Assembly (NCBI GenBank): GCA_963716725.1
Contig: CAVQUB010000002.1
Location: forward strand, 384,001-448,000
DNA: 64,000 nucleotides
Source of the DNA: an uncultured delta proteobacterium
GTDB lineage: Bacteria > Myxococcota_A > Polyangia > Polyangiales > Polyangiaceae
Reading direction: 5' to 3'
The notes beneath the pieces are model-generated. The model worked only from the letters and a program-made list of their open reading frames with translations, had not been told where the DNA came from and searched no databases. How positions within the stretch are numbered: the stretch's first letter is position 1; each line of letters opens with the position of its first letter. Position numbers and translations under genes: made by a program. Positions 30,169 through 39,850 of the stretch are shown piece after piece.

Positions 30169-30774
30169 TCATGCCCACGCGGGCAGTCGCCCTTCGAAGC
30201 AAGTGATGGTCCGAGGCGCGTCTGCCGACGAGCGCAGCGCGGAGAGCGGCCGCTCCGGTGTACCGCGTTCGATGCCCTCGCCCGGATCCCAGTCGGGCGC
30301 GGCACCGGGCCGAAGGGCGTGGAGCCCGCTCTGGAGCACGTCGATCACGTAGGTGTGACCTGCAACGCGGCAGCCGAGCTCCGCCGCGATCACGCGTCCG
30401 AACTCCTGCCCAGCCCGCGCGCCCAGGGTCTCGCAGCTGCGGAACCAGAACAGCGGGTCCGACTCGAAGCGGCGCGCGACCCGGCGCAGGCGCCCGGCGT
30501 GGGGGTGCCCGCGCTCGAAGGAGCCAACCGCGAGCGTCTCGTCGCCGAAGCGCGCGTCCCCCCACTTGCCGTGACCCCAGAACTGGATCTCAGCCACGCC
30601 CAGCGTCGGCTCGACGGTCTCCAGGAATTCGAGCGCTTCCCCCCAGCTCGTGGCGCCCCTCGCGCGGTCGATGAAACCGCTGGTGCGATAAAGCCGCGCG
30701 CCGGTCGCCCACGCCCAGCTGAGAGCCCCCGCCCCGCGGTCGTATACCAACAGGCGCAATCCTGGCCTCGACAT
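30169..30774 (-). CDS. hypothetical protein, DUF4347 / clan CD protease-like fold
   Basis: IQFWGHG..G and FWFRSC..G..F...A..LGC.VAG pattern. Confidence 0.6.
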   Translation of the reverse strand: MSRPGLRLLVYDRGAGALSWAWATGARLYRTSGFIDRARGATSWGEALEFLETVEPTLGVAEIQFWGHGKWGDARFGDETLAVGSFERGHPHAGRLRRVARRFESDPLFWFRSCETLGARAGQEFGRVIAAELGCRVAGHTYVIDVLQSGLHALRPGAAPDWDPGEGIERGTPERPLSALRSSADAPRTITCFEGRLPAWA

Positions 30775-30822
30775 TCTCGGAGTTTGCCTCGGGCTCCCAG
30801 CGGGTGCACAAGGTTGTTCCGG

Positions 30823-31077
30823 ATGCAGCGAGCTCTAGCGATCTGGGTCTGCTCGCACGCCCTCTGGGCTTGCTCAGCCGAGCCCGCGGTCCAGACCTTC
30901 ACGCCTCAGTGCACCGTGAACCAATTTCGCGCCTGCGAGACCGAAGACTGTCGAGGAGCGCAGCAGTGCGTCGAGCCCGGGTATTGGGACCGCTGTTTCT
31001 GCACCGTGCTCGACGCAAGCTTCGTCCCAAAGCCCGACTCGTCCAGCGACGCTGCCGCCGATTCGACGCCCGAGTGA
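30823..31077 (+). CDS. small Cys-rich lipoprotein
   Basis: LWAC lipobox; C..C..C.G.Q.C...W..C.C module. Confidence 0.55.
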   Translation: MQRALAIWVCSHALWACSAEPAVQTFTPQCTVNQFRACETEDCRGAQQCVEPGYWDRCFCTVLDASFVPKPDSSSDAAADSTPE

Positions 31078-31104
31078 GCGCAGCGTGCTAGCATTGTCGG
31101 CTAG

Positions 31105-32055
31105 ATGACCGTCGCATCCGACACTCCCGGCGCCATCGTGGACGCGAAATACGCGCTCATCGAGCAGATCGGCGTCGGGGGGATGGGCACGGTGTGGCGC
31201 GCCTTGGTCTACGGCGCGGGCGGCTTCCGCCGCACAGTCGCGGTAAAGCGCCTGAACGAGGCGTTCAACGACTTTCCAGAAGTCATCGAGATGTTCGTGG
31301 AAGAGGCCCGCGTCGGGGCCATGTTGCGTCACCCCAACATCGTCCAGATTCACGATTTTGGCATCGACGGCGAGGGCCAGTACTACCTCGTCACGGAGTG
31401 GGTCGAAGGACTGCACTTCGGAGACTACCAGAAGGGCTTCGACCAACCGACCCCGTGGCCATTGATCACGGCCATTGCCATCGAGGTGCTGCGCGCGCTC
31501 GACGCAGCCCACACTGCGCGGAACGAGAACGGTGATCGCGCACCGGTGCTCCACCGCGACGTGTCGCCGCCGAACATCTTGCTCGACGTCACCGGGATCG
31601 TGAAGCTCGCCGACTTCGGCATGGCACGCGCGATGGACCGCGGTCGCATCACGCAGCCCAACGTCGTCAAGGGCAAGCTCAGCTACCTGGCGCCGGAGCT
31701 GCTGAAAGGCGACGACGCCACGGTGCAGAGCGATCTTTTCAGCCTGGGCGTGTGCCTGTGGGAAGCGCTGGCCGGCCAGCGCCTGTTCGACGCCGCCACG
31801 GACATCCAGGTCCTGGCAATGCTCAGAGATCCGCGCATCCCCCTGCTGTCGGTCAAGCGCCCCGATCTCCCGATGGGGCTCACGACCGCGGTCCACCGCG
31901 CCTTGGAGCGCGATCCGGGTCGGCGCTTCGACTCCGCGCTCGAGATGCTCGAGCTGCTCCGAGGGGTGCTCCGAGTCATCCCCGCCTCCACTTCCGGCCC
32001 GGTATTGGCCGCGAGCATCCGGGAAGTCCGGGAACGGCTCCGCTCCCGGGCCTGA
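31105..32055 (+). CDS. cytoplasmic Hanks-type Ser/Thr protein kinase (kinase domain only)
   Basis: IGVGGMG, VAVKRL, HRDVSPPN, DFG and GKLSYLAPE motifs. Confidence 0.95.
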   Translation: MTVASDTPGAIVDAKYALIEQIGVGGMGTVWRALVYGAGGFRRTVAVKRLNEAFNDFPEVIEMFVEEARVGAMLRHPNIVQIHDFGIDGEGQYYLVTEWVEGLHFGDYQKGFDQPTPWPLITAIAIEVLRALDAAHTARNENGDRAPVLHRDVSPPNILLDVTGIVKLADFGMARAMDRGRITQPNVVKGKLSYLAPELLKGDDATVQSDLFSLGVCLWEALAGQRLFDAATDIQVLAMLRDPRIPLLSVKRPDLPMGLTTAVHRALERDPGRRFDSALEMLELLRGVLRVIPASTSGPVLAASIREVRERLRSRA

Positions 32056-32103
32056 CGGGCGTCAGCGCGGGGCCCAGCGGCTCGGGCGGACCACCGACTG
32101 AAA

Positions 32104-32132
32104 TTGAAAACCGTTATCAGGTGGGCTAGATC
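32104..32132 (+). promoter_or_regulatory. sigma70-type feoAB promoter overlapped by a Fur-like box
   Basis: TTGAAA(32104)-N17-TAGATC(32127); 7-1-7 inverted repeat TGAAAAC-C-GTTATCA at 32105-32119, AT-rich in a GC-rich background. Confidence 0.75.
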
Positions 32133-32138
32133 CCAGGT

Positions 32139-32438
32139 GTGAGCCCGAACCTCGCAGCGGCCAAGCGTGGCCAGGTGGTCACCGTCGGAGGCATCGGCGG
32201 CGAGCGGGCGTTTCGTCGGCGTCTGATGGAACTTGGGCTGGTACCCGGCACCCGCGTCGAGGTGGTCGGGATCGCACCGCTGGGCGACCCCATCGAGCTC
32301 TTGGTGCGCGGCTGCAGCCTCTCGATTCGCCGCGGCGAGGCCGAACAGGTGACGGTCGTGACCGTCGAAGCGGCCCACGACTCTGAGCCAGCGGGCGCGC
32401 GCATCGAGCCCGAGCTCGAAGCGCCGAGCGTGATGTGA
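32139..32438 (+). CDS. feoA: ferrous iron transport protein A
   Basis: RRLMELGLVPGT and APLGDPI..VRG..LSIRR.EA motifs. Confidence 0.93.
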   Translation: MSPNLAAAKRGQVVTVGGIGGERAFRRRLMELGLVPGTRVEVVGIAPLGDPIELLVRGCSLSIRRGEAEQVTVVTVEAAHDSEPAGARIEPELEAPSVM

Positions 32439-34627
32439 GCGCCGAAGCCCGTCAGGAGCCCAGTCCCCGCGGCGCGCCCAACCCAGCCGCTCTCGAGCGA
32501 CCGCTAGTGGTGTTGGTCGGAAACCCGAACGTGGGCAAGACGACGCTCTTCAATCGGCTGACGGGGCAGAACGCGCGCGTCGGCAACTACCCAGGGATCA
32601 CCGTGGAGCGGCGCTCGGGCGAGCTTCCGCTCGGGGGAGACCCCGGTGCGGTGGCCGAGGTCGTCGACGTGCCGGGCTCGTACTCACTCGCGGCGCGCTC
32701 ACCCGAAGAGCAGCTCGCGATCAACTCGGCGCTCGGGCTCGCTGGCATGGAGCGGCCGGACCTGGTGGTGGCGGTGGTCGACGCCGGCCAGCTCGTGCGA
32801 AACCTGTATCTGGTGCTCCAACTGGCGGAGCTGCGGGTCCCGCTGATCGTGGCCCTCAACATGATCGACGAAGCGGGTGAGACGCAGCCGGACGCCGGGG
32901 CCGTGAGCGAGATCTTTGGCGCACCCGTGATCGCGACCAACGCGCGTACCGGCAGCGGCATCGAGGAGCTGAAGCGCCAAATCGCGAGCAGCCTCGCCGA
33001 GCGTACGGAAGCTCGGGTCGAGGTCTCATACCCGCCCGAGTTCCGCTCGGCCGTCGATCGTGTGGCCGACGCGCTGCCGGCAGATTGGCGCAAAAACGTC
33101 GAGCGGGACCGGGCGCTTTCGCTCTGGGCGCTCTCGAGCATCGACGACGACGACGAACTCGAGGCGATCCCCGCGGAACTCCGCCAGCGCTGCCTCGACG
33201 TGCATCGCGACCTCAGGGACCGCGATCTGGACCGCGACGTGATCGGCGCGCGATACGCCTTCCTCGACGCTCACGCCAACCGCATCTTTGGTCGCGTGGC
33301 GACCCATCCACCCAAGCGTGCGGCGTCGGCGCGCCTCGACCGCGTGCTGCTGCACCCGGTCTTTGGTTTCGCAGCGTTCATCTCCATCATGCTGGTGATG
33401 TTCCTGGCGCTCTTCTCCTGGTCGGAACCTGGCATCGCGCTGATCGAGGGCGCCTTCGGCGGCCTCGCCGAGCTCACCAAGGCTCGGCTCGCCGACGGCG
33501 TGTTCCGCGACTTCTTGACCGACGGTGTGATCGGCGGCGTGGGCAACGTGCTGGTATTCCTCCCGCAGATCCTGCTGCTCTTCCTGTTCATCGGCTTGCT
33601 CGAAGACAGCGGGTACATGGCACGCGTCGCGTACCTGATGGACCGCATCATGCGAGCGCTCGGGCTGCACGGCCGCGCGTTCGTGCCCATGATGTCGGGC
33701 TTTGCTTGCGCCGTTCCGGCGATCTTGGCAACTCGCACCATGGAGCGTCGGCGCGACCGCCTGCTGACCATGATGGTGGTGCCGCTCATGACCTGCTCTG
33801 CGCGCCTGCCGGTCTACACGCTGATCATCGCGGCGCTCTTCCCCGAGCGGACGCTGCTCGGGTTCTTGCCGCTCGGCGCCGTGCTGATGGTCGGCATGTA
33901 CGCATTCAGCATCGCGATGACGCTGCTCGCGGCCGCGGTCATCGGCCGAACCGTGATCCCCGGACGGCGGGTGCCCCTGATTTTGGAGCTGCCGCCCTAC
34001 CGGGTGCCAATGCTGAGGAGCGTGTTCCGCATGATGTGGGAGCGCTCATCGGTGTTCTTGAAGGAGGCGGGCACGGTGATCCTCGCCTGCACCATCGTGC
34101 TCTGGGCCCTGCTGGCCTTCCCGCGCTCCGAGGCGCCGGCCGTGGCGGCCGCGCCACCCGCCGCCGTCGCCGAACCCGTCGAAGAGCTCGCGGCTCGTGC
34201 CCAGGCCCTCGAGCACAGCTACGGCGGCCGCCTCGGCAAGGCCGTCGAACCGGCCCTCGCGCCCCTCGGCTTCGACTGGAAGATCGGCATCGGCTTGATC
34301 GGTGCGTTCGCCGCGCGGGAGGTCTTCGTCTCCACCCTAGGCGTCGTGTACGGCGTGGGCGGCGGTGACGACGACACCGCGCCCCTGAGACAGCGCATCA
34401 AGAGCGAGACCCGCCCGGACGGAAGCGCGGTCTACTCGGCGCTCACGGGGCTCTCTCTCATGGTGTTCTTCGCCTTGGCCTGCCAGTGCATGAGCACCCT
34501 CGCGGTGGTGAAGCGCGAGACGAAGAGCTGGCGCTGGCCGGCCTTTCTCTTTGTCTACATGACCGCGCTCGCCTACGCCGCGAGCCTGCTTGTCTACCAG
34601 GGTGGCCGGCTCTTGGGCTTCGGCTGA
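32435..34627 (+). CDS. feoB: ferrous iron transport protein B
   Basis: GNPNVGKT, NYPGITVE, DVPGSYSL, LNMID, LEDSGYMAR, TCSARLP and FAAREV motifs. Confidence 0.97.
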   Translation: MSAEARQEPSPRGAPNPAALERPLVVLVGNPNVGKTTLFNRLTGQNARVGNYPGITVERRSGELPLGGDPGAVAEVVDVPGSYSLAARSPEEQLAINSALGLAGMERPDLVVAVVDAGQLVRNLYLVLQLAELRVPLIVALNMIDEAGETQPDAGAVSEIFGAPVIATNARTGSGIEELKRQIASSLAERTEARVEVSYPPEFRSAVDRVADALPADWRKNVERDRALSLWALSSIDDDDELEAIPAELRQRCLDVHRDLRDRDLDRDVIGARYAFLDAHANRIFGRVATHPPKRAASARLDRVLLHPVFGFAAFISIMLVMFLALFSWSEPGIALIEGAFGGLAELTKARLADGVFRDFLTDGVIGGVGNVLVFLPQILLLFLFIGLLEDSGYMARVAYLMDRIMRALGLHGRAFVPMMSGFACAVPAILATRTMERRRDRLLTMMVVPLMTCSARLPVYTLIIAALFPERTLLGFLPLGAVLMVGMYAFSIAMTLLAAAVIGRTVIPGRRVPLILELPPYRVPMLRSVFRMMWERSSVFLKEAGTVILACTIVLWALLAFPRSEAPAVAAAPPAAVAEPVEELAARAQALEHSYGGRLGKAVEPALAPLGFDWKIGIGLIGAFAAREVFVSTLGVVYGVGGGDDDTAPLRQRIKSETRPDGSAVYSALTGLSLMVFFALACQCMSTLAVVKRETKSWRWPAFLFVYMTALAYAASLLVYQGGRLLGFG

Positions 34628-34635
34628 GCAATGGC

Positions 34636-35514
34636 TCAGAAGCGCCCGTGGACCGTGGCGAAGCCGCCGCCGGGACGCGCCGCGAGATCCACTCGGAATC
34701 GCTTGGCCTGCTCCGCTGCCGCTTCCGACTTCTTCCCGGGTGCGAGCAACAGATAAGTGCCAACTCCGAGCGATACGATCCCGACTCCGAGGGCGATGTC
34801 CGCGTAGAGGTACTTCTTCTGGATGGGGTCGAGTTCGCTGTCCGAGCAGGTCTTCGAGTCCGCACACTCGAGCTTGTCTTGATCGCTCTTTCCGCTCAAA
34901 CCGAAATAGGCAAAGCCGCCGAGGCCCACGGCGCCGACGCCCATGAGCACATAGGCCAGCGTCTTGCTGCCCTTGACCTGGTCCGTGCTGACGGTGGTCG
35001 CCCCCGTCTCGGTGCTGCCCGCATCCGTCTGATCCGACTTCGGCACCTCGTACGCGAGCTGGATCTGTTGGGCCTTGGCGCCTTCTTTCACCACGAACTT
35101 GAGCTCTTTGACCCCGTGCTTCGCGCTCTCGAAAACGAAGGTGTGCGTGCCCGGATCGACGGGTAGCGCCTTGCCATCGAGGGTCTCGGCCAAGACCTTG
35201 TCTCCAACCGAAACCTTGACGTCACTCAGTTCTTCGCTGCCAAACTTGGCGCTGAAGACCACGGTCGGGATCGAGCCTTCTACGTCGGAGAGCCACTTCG
35301 AGCAGTCCTTCTTGATGAACGACGGACAGGCCGCCTGCGAACAGGTGACCAAGCTCTCCTTCGCCGCAAGTAGTTTCCCGCCGCTTCGCTGCTCCTGCGA
35401 CGCCTCGTAGGCTTTGGCACAGTCCGCCTTGGCGTCGGCGCCGGCAGGGCGAGCGACGGACACCAGCGCCAGCACCAGCGCCACCAGGATCCCACGCAGA
35501 AAGTAGACCTGCAT
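34636..35514 (-). CDS. secreted protein: Cys-helical domain, PEGA-like beta domain, two Gly-rich hydrophobic helices, C-terminal Phe
   Basis: Signal peptide; C..AYE..Q..R..GKL..A....C....CP.....C; LDG..LPVDPGTH; ends GGGFATVHGRF. Confidence 0.75.
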   Translation of the reverse strand: MQVYFLRGILVALVLALVSVARPAGADAKADCAKAYEASQEQRSGGKLLAAKESLVTCSQAACPSFIKKDCSKWLSDVEGSIPTVVFSAKFGSEELSDVKVSVGDKVLAETLDGKALPVDPGTHTFVFESAKHGVKELKFVVKEGAKAQQIQLAYEVPKSDQTDAGSTETGATTVSTDQVKGSKTLAYVLMGVGAVGLGGFAYFGLSGKSDQDKLECADSKTCSDSELDPIQKKYLYADIALGVGIVSLGVGTYLLLAPGKKSEAAAEQAKRFRVDLAARPGGGFATVHGRF

Positions 35515-35561
35515 CACGCCGCAGCTTAGCGCATCTGGGACCCGCCTCGACAAGATCGGGC

Positions 35562-37175
35562 TCACATGCAGCCGGGTTTCACCCGGCGCACTCCGTTCTT
35601 GTCGATGGTGTACGGAGGATCGCAACTGTCTGCGGCGGGTTTCGGCGTCTTCACCACCGGTTTCTTGGTCCCGGCGGGCGGCTTGTTCTGGGGCTTGGGC
35701 GGAGGCGTCGGCTCGGGCTTCGATGCGACCGTTGCCGCGGGCGCTTCGACGCTCGCGGGCGGAGGCGCGACGACCGGCGTCGGCGTCGGCTCGGGCGTCG
35801 GAACCGCCGGCGTCATGTCCGCGGCGGCGGTGGTGGTCGGATCCGGGGGCAGAACCTCGGCTTCGGGCTTCCTGCGCGCCATCAGCATCACGATGAGCAC
35901 CACGGTCGCGACGGCCATCGCGAAGGCGATGCCGATGAGCGCAGCGACGAGACGGCGTCCGGCCGGCGGCGCGGAGTGCGCCACCGACATGCCGGACGCG
36001 TGGGTCGGGAGAGTCTCGACCGACGGCCGTGAAATCCCGGTAACGTGAGAGACTTGCGACGGCGACGTGACCGGTTCGCCGGAGGGCCCCACGGGCCAGC
36101 TCATCGCAACCGGCGCCACCGGCTGCGGTAGACCCAGCAATGCCGGGTGGGACGGGCTGGAGACGGGGATCGCATCGACCGCTCGGATGTGCGAGAGCGA
36201 CCCGCTCTCGATCTCTGCGACCTGGCGTGCGCGTTTCCCGATCGTCTCTTCGCCGATGCGCTCGGCCCACTCGCCGACCTCGCGAGACATGGCCATGGGC
36301 CCGGCGTGCTCGAGCGCGATGGCCAACTCGCGCGCGGTGGGCCAACGCGCGTCAGGATCGCGGTCGAGGGTGCGCATCACGATGGCGTCGAGATGAGTCG
36401 GCACGCTGGCTTCGACGCTGGACGGCGTCGGGATCTCGGACTGGAGCAGCTTGGCCATGACCTCGCCGGGATCATCGCCGTCGAAGAGGCGGCGCCCCGT
36501 GAGCGTTTCCCACAGCACGATGCCCGCCGCGAAGACGTCAGTACGCCGATCGACGCCCTTGCCCCGCAGTTGCTCGGGGGCCATGTAGCTGACTTTGCCC
36601 TTCATCTGACCGTCGCGGGTCGAGGTGACGCGAGCGGCCGCCTTGGCGACTCCGAAGTCGAGGACTCGGGCGGAGCCATCGGCGCCGACCAAGATGTTCT
36701 GCGGGCTGATGTCCCGGTGGACGATGTTCAGCGGCGTTCCCTGTTCGCTCTTGGCCTCGTGAGCGGCGTGCAGGCCGTGCAGCGCACCCGCTATGATGGC
36801 GAGGGCGATGCGCGGTGGCACGAGCTCGCCCTGCCGTCGCGCCGCGCGGATCAGCTTCGAGAGCGCCTCGCCATGCACGTACTCCATGACGAGGAAGACC
36901 TCGTCGTCGAGCGGCACCACGTCGAGGGTGCTGACCACGTTCGGATGCTGAATGCGGGCTGCGAGCCGGGCCTCATCCAAGAACATGGAAACGAAATCGG
37001 GATCTTTGGCGAACTGCGGGTGCAGTCGCTTGACGGCCACTGTTCGAGAGAACCCAACAGCACCAACCAATCTGCCAAAGTGCACGGTGGCCATCCCGCC
37101 GGCGGCGATCTCACCGTAGAGCGCGTAGCGCCCGACGATGCGCGGCTCCTGAAGGGGCACGGCACTGACTTGCAT
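35562..37175 (-). CDS. membrane Hanks-type Ser/Thr kinase with a Pro-rich extracytoplasmic stalk
   Basis: IAAGGMA, HRDISPQN, DFG and GKVSYMAPE motifs; TM LVAALIGIAFAMAVATVVLIVML; ends CDPPYTIDKNGVRRVKPGCM. Confidence 0.93.
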   Translation of the reverse strand: MQVSAVPLQEPRIVGRYALYGEIAAGGMATVHFGRLVGAVGFSRTVAVKRLHPQFAKDPDFVSMFLDEARLAARIQHPNVVSTLDVVPLDDEVFLVMEYVHGEALSKLIRAARRQGELVPPRIALAIIAGALHGLHAAHEAKSEQGTPLNIVHRDISPQNILVGADGSARVLDFGVAKAAARVTSTRDGQMKGKVSYMAPEQLRGKGVDRRTDVFAAGIVLWETLTGRRLFDGDDPGEVMAKLLQSEIPTPSSVEASVPTHLDAIVMRTLDRDPDARWPTARELAIALEHAGPMAMSREVGEWAERIGEETIGKRARQVAEIESGSLSHIRAVDAIPVSSPSHPALLGLPQPVAPVAMSWPVGPSGEPVTSPSQVSHVTGISRPSVETLPTHASGMSVAHSAPPAGRRLVAALIGIAFAMAVATVVLIVMLMARRKPEAEVLPPDPTTTAAADMTPAVPTPEPTPTPVVAPPPASVEAPAATVASKPEPTPPPKPQNKPPAGTKKPVVKTPKPAADSCDPPYTIDKNGVRRVKPGCM

Positions 37176-37202
37176 GGACAGCGTCCAGGGTATCAGACCG
37201 AG

Positions 37203-37886
37203 ATGGCCTCTGGTAATCAAGGGCCGAAAGTGGCCGCGCGTCGCACCTACACTGGAGCCGAACCCGGCGGCCCCTTTTGCCGACTTCCGCGTGAGTTCTA
37301 CGCGGGTTCGGTGCTCGAAGTGGCGCGGGCCGCGGTGGGCAAGCTGCTCGTGCACGAGGGCCGAGGCAAGACGCTGGTCGGTCGCATCGTCGAGACCGAG
37401 GCCTACCGCGGCCCGGAAGATCTTGCGGCTCACAGCGCGGGGGGCCGCCGCACCGCCCGGAACGAGGCCATGTGGGGGGAGCCCGGGCACGCCTATGTCT
37501 TCCTGGTGTACGGCCTGCACTGGCACGTGAACTTGGTCACCGGGCGCGCCGGCGAACCCCACGCGGTGCTGATCCGCGCCGTGGAGCCCGTCGCGGGGAT
37601 CGAGCTCATGGCCCGCCGACGCAAGATGGCGCCGGATCGTCGCGAACTCACCAACGGCCCCGGGAAGCTCTGCGCCGCCTTTGGGATCGATCGCCGACAC
37701 GATCGGGTCGACCTGACCGAGGGAGGGCGGCTGTATCTCGCGGACGCGCCCAGGGCCCGGGTGACCTCCGCCCGCCGCATCGGCATCGACTACGCGGGCG
37801 CCTGGGCGAAACGGCCGTGGCGTTTCCTGGAACCCGGAAACCGCTACGTGTCTCGCCCGCCCGAAGGTAGGCTGCGCTGCGAATGA
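37203..37886 (+). CDS. mpg: DNA-3-methyladenine glycosylase (MPG/AAG family); start uncertain
   Basis: GRIVETEAY, AYV..VYG.H, AVLIRA.EP, LTNGPGKLC, RIGI and PWRF motifs. Confidence 0.92.
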   Translation: MASGNQGPKVAARRTYTGAEPGGPFCRLPREFYAGSVLEVARAAVGKLLVHEGRGKTLVGRIVETEAYRGPEDLAAHSAGGRRTARNEAMWGEPGHAYVFLVYGLHWHVNLVTGRAGEPHAVLIRAVEPVAGIELMARRRKMAPDRRELTNGPGKLCAAFGIDRRHDRVDLTEGGRLYLADAPRARVTSARRIGIDYAGAWAKRPWRFLEPGNRYVSRPPEGRLRCE

Positions 37887-39172
37887 CGGCGCGTGCTCCC
37901 TCCCAACGGCCGCCCCCTCGGTCCCAACCGCCGGCCCCACTCGAACGTCGCGGCGGCCAGTTGCGCGAACGTCGGATCACCCTCGCGGTTTCCGGAAGCA
38001 TCGCGGCCTTCAAATCCGTTGCCGTCGCCCGGCTGCTGGTCACCGAAGGCGCCCGAGTGCGAACGCTGTTCACTCGCTCGGCGAGCCACTTCGTGGGCGC
38101 GGCCACCTTCGCCGGAATCACCGGCGCGCCGGTGCTCTCGGACATGTTCGACCCCAACGTGCCGGGTGAGCTCCACGTCGACATCGCGAGCAAGACCGAC
38201 TTGATGTTGATCGTGCCCGCCACCGCCGATCTGCTGGCGCGGCTGGCAGCGGGGCGCGCGGACGATCTCGTGGCCGCAACGGCGCTGTGCTGCACCTGTC
38301 CCGTGCTGGTCGCGCCCGCGATGCACCCGGCGATGTGGGCGCACCCGGCAACGCAGCGAAATGTCGAAACACTGGCCACCGACGGGCGCGTCGAACGCGT
38401 AGGACCCGTCTACGGTGAAGTGGCCTCGGGGGAACACGGGATTGGCCGAATGTCCGAACCGGAAGCCATTGTCGAGGCTGCGCTCGTCGCGTTGTCCCCA
38501 CACGACCTGGGCGGCCGCCACATCGTGGTCACCGCGGGGCCCACCATCGAAGACATCGATCCGGTGCGCTTCTTGAGCAACCGATCCAGCGGAAAGATGG
38601 GCTTCGCCGTGGCCGCACGCGCCGCGGCGCGCGGCGCGCGAGTGACGCTGATCGCAGGCCCCACAGGTCTTCCTTCGCCCCATGGGGTCAATCGTGTCGA
38701 CGTGCGCAGCGCCATCGCGATGCGTGGCGCCGTGTGGCAGGCCTTGGGTCCGGACCTCTCCGCCGCCGATGCCTTGGTGATGGCGGCAGCGGTCGGCGAC
38801 TATCGGCCCGCCGAGACTCACGCGACGAAGCTGAAGCGCCAGGCCGAGCGGCTCCAGCTCGAGCTGAGCCAGAACCCCGACATCTTGGCTGAGATCGGCG
38901 CCGCGCGCGCCGGAGCCCGCCCGGTGTTGGTGGGCTTCGCCGTCGAGGCCGACGAAGGCGACAAAGTGGTCGCCTTCGCCCGCGGCAAGCTGGACGCCAA
39001 GCGCGTTGATATCGTGGTCGCCAACCACGCGGACGACGCATTCGGGAAGGACGACAACCGCGTGACTCTGGTCACTCGCGAAGGAGTCCAGGCGCTGGCA
39101 CGCGGGAAGAAGATCGAGCTCGCCGACCCGATCCTCGACTTTGTCGCGCGGAAATTGGACGAGCTGCGCTGA
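37883..39172 (+). CDS. coaBC: bifunctional phosphopantothenoylcysteine decarboxylase/synthetase
   Basis: SGSIAAFK, PATAD, APAM, TAGPT.E.IDPVRFLSNRSSGKMG, AAVGDY and VGFA motifs. Confidence 0.96.
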   Translation: MTARAPSQRPPPRSQPPAPLERRGGQLRERRITLAVSGSIAAFKSVAVARLLVTEGARVRTLFTRSASHFVGAATFAGITGAPVLSDMFDPNVPGELHVDIASKTDLMLIVPATADLLARLAAGRADDLVAATALCCTCPVLVAPAMHPAMWAHPATQRNVETLATDGRVERVGPVYGEVASGEHGIGRMSEPEAIVEAALVALSPHDLGGRHIVVTAGPTIEDIDPVRFLSNRSSGKMGFAVAARAAARGARVTLIAGPTGLPSPHGVNRVDVRSAIAMRGAVWQALGPDLSAADALVMAAAVGDYRPAETHATKLKRQAERLQLELSQNPDILAEIGAARAGARPVLVGFAVEADEGDKVVAFARGKLDAKRVDIVVANHADDAFGKDDNRVTLVTREGVQALARGKKIELADPILDFVARKLDELR

Positions 39173-39840
39173 TGCGACCCATCGTCGTGGTGGTGATGGT
39201 CGTCGCCGCAGCCAACGCCTTCGCGTTCCGGTTGGACCTGGCCGGCACTTGGAAATTCTGGGCGGGACTCGGCATTCCCTACGCGCTGCTCGCGGCCTGG
39301 GCGCTCCACACACTTCGGGCCTCCGGCAAGCTCATCAAGGTGCTCACCCCGCGTTGGGGTGATCTCAGCCTCGGCTTCGTGACGGCCGCAGTTTTGCTCG
39401 GCGCGTCGCTGACGGCTCGCAGCGTCCTCGTGCCCACGGGCACGGAGCGGCACCTGTGGTTCCTGCGCCTCTACGCCCAGGTGGGCGACGCGGACGCTGT
39501 TCAGCGTTCGCTGGCGCTGACTGCGACGCTGCTCGCCATCGCGTTGGCCGAAGAGCTCGCGTGGCGGGGCTACGTCCTGCCGGCCGCAGAAGAGCGCTTC
39601 GGCTCGCGCCTCGGCTGGCTGGCGGCGGCGCTGGCCTACGCAGTCGCCCACATTCCGTCCGTCTTTGCCTTGTCGGACAAGGTAGCCGGTCCGAACCCGT
39701 TGCTGCTGATGGCCGCGCTCGGGGCGGGGCTGGTTTGGACCTTCACCGTCAAGGTGACCCGCCGCCTGCCGCCGGTCATCATCTCGCACCTGGCGTTTTC
39801 GTACTTCTCGGTCGTCCAGTTTCGCTGGCCTGGCATGTGA
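39172..39840 (+). CDS. CPBP (CAAX/Abi) intramembrane glutamic endopeptidase
   Basis: AEELAWRG, YAVAH and IISH motifs; multiple TM segments. Confidence 0.88.
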   Translation: MRPIVVVVMVVAAANAFAFRLDLAGTWKFWAGLGIPYALLAAWALHTLRASGKLIKVLTPRWGDLSLGFVTAAVLLGASLTARSVLVPTGTERHLWFLRLYAQVGDADAVQRSLALTATLLAIALAEELAWRGYVLPAAEERFGSRLGWLAAALAYAVAHIPSVFALSDKVAGPNPLLLMAALGAGLVWTFTVKVTRRLPPVIISHLAFSYFSVVQFRWPGM

Positions 39841-39850
39841 GCGGCGCGAC

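Noticed and set aside
39172..39840. CPBP/Abi protease as a phage-defence or bacteriocin-immunity gene
   Set aside because: It is coupled to housekeeping coaBC, with no defence or bacteriocin context
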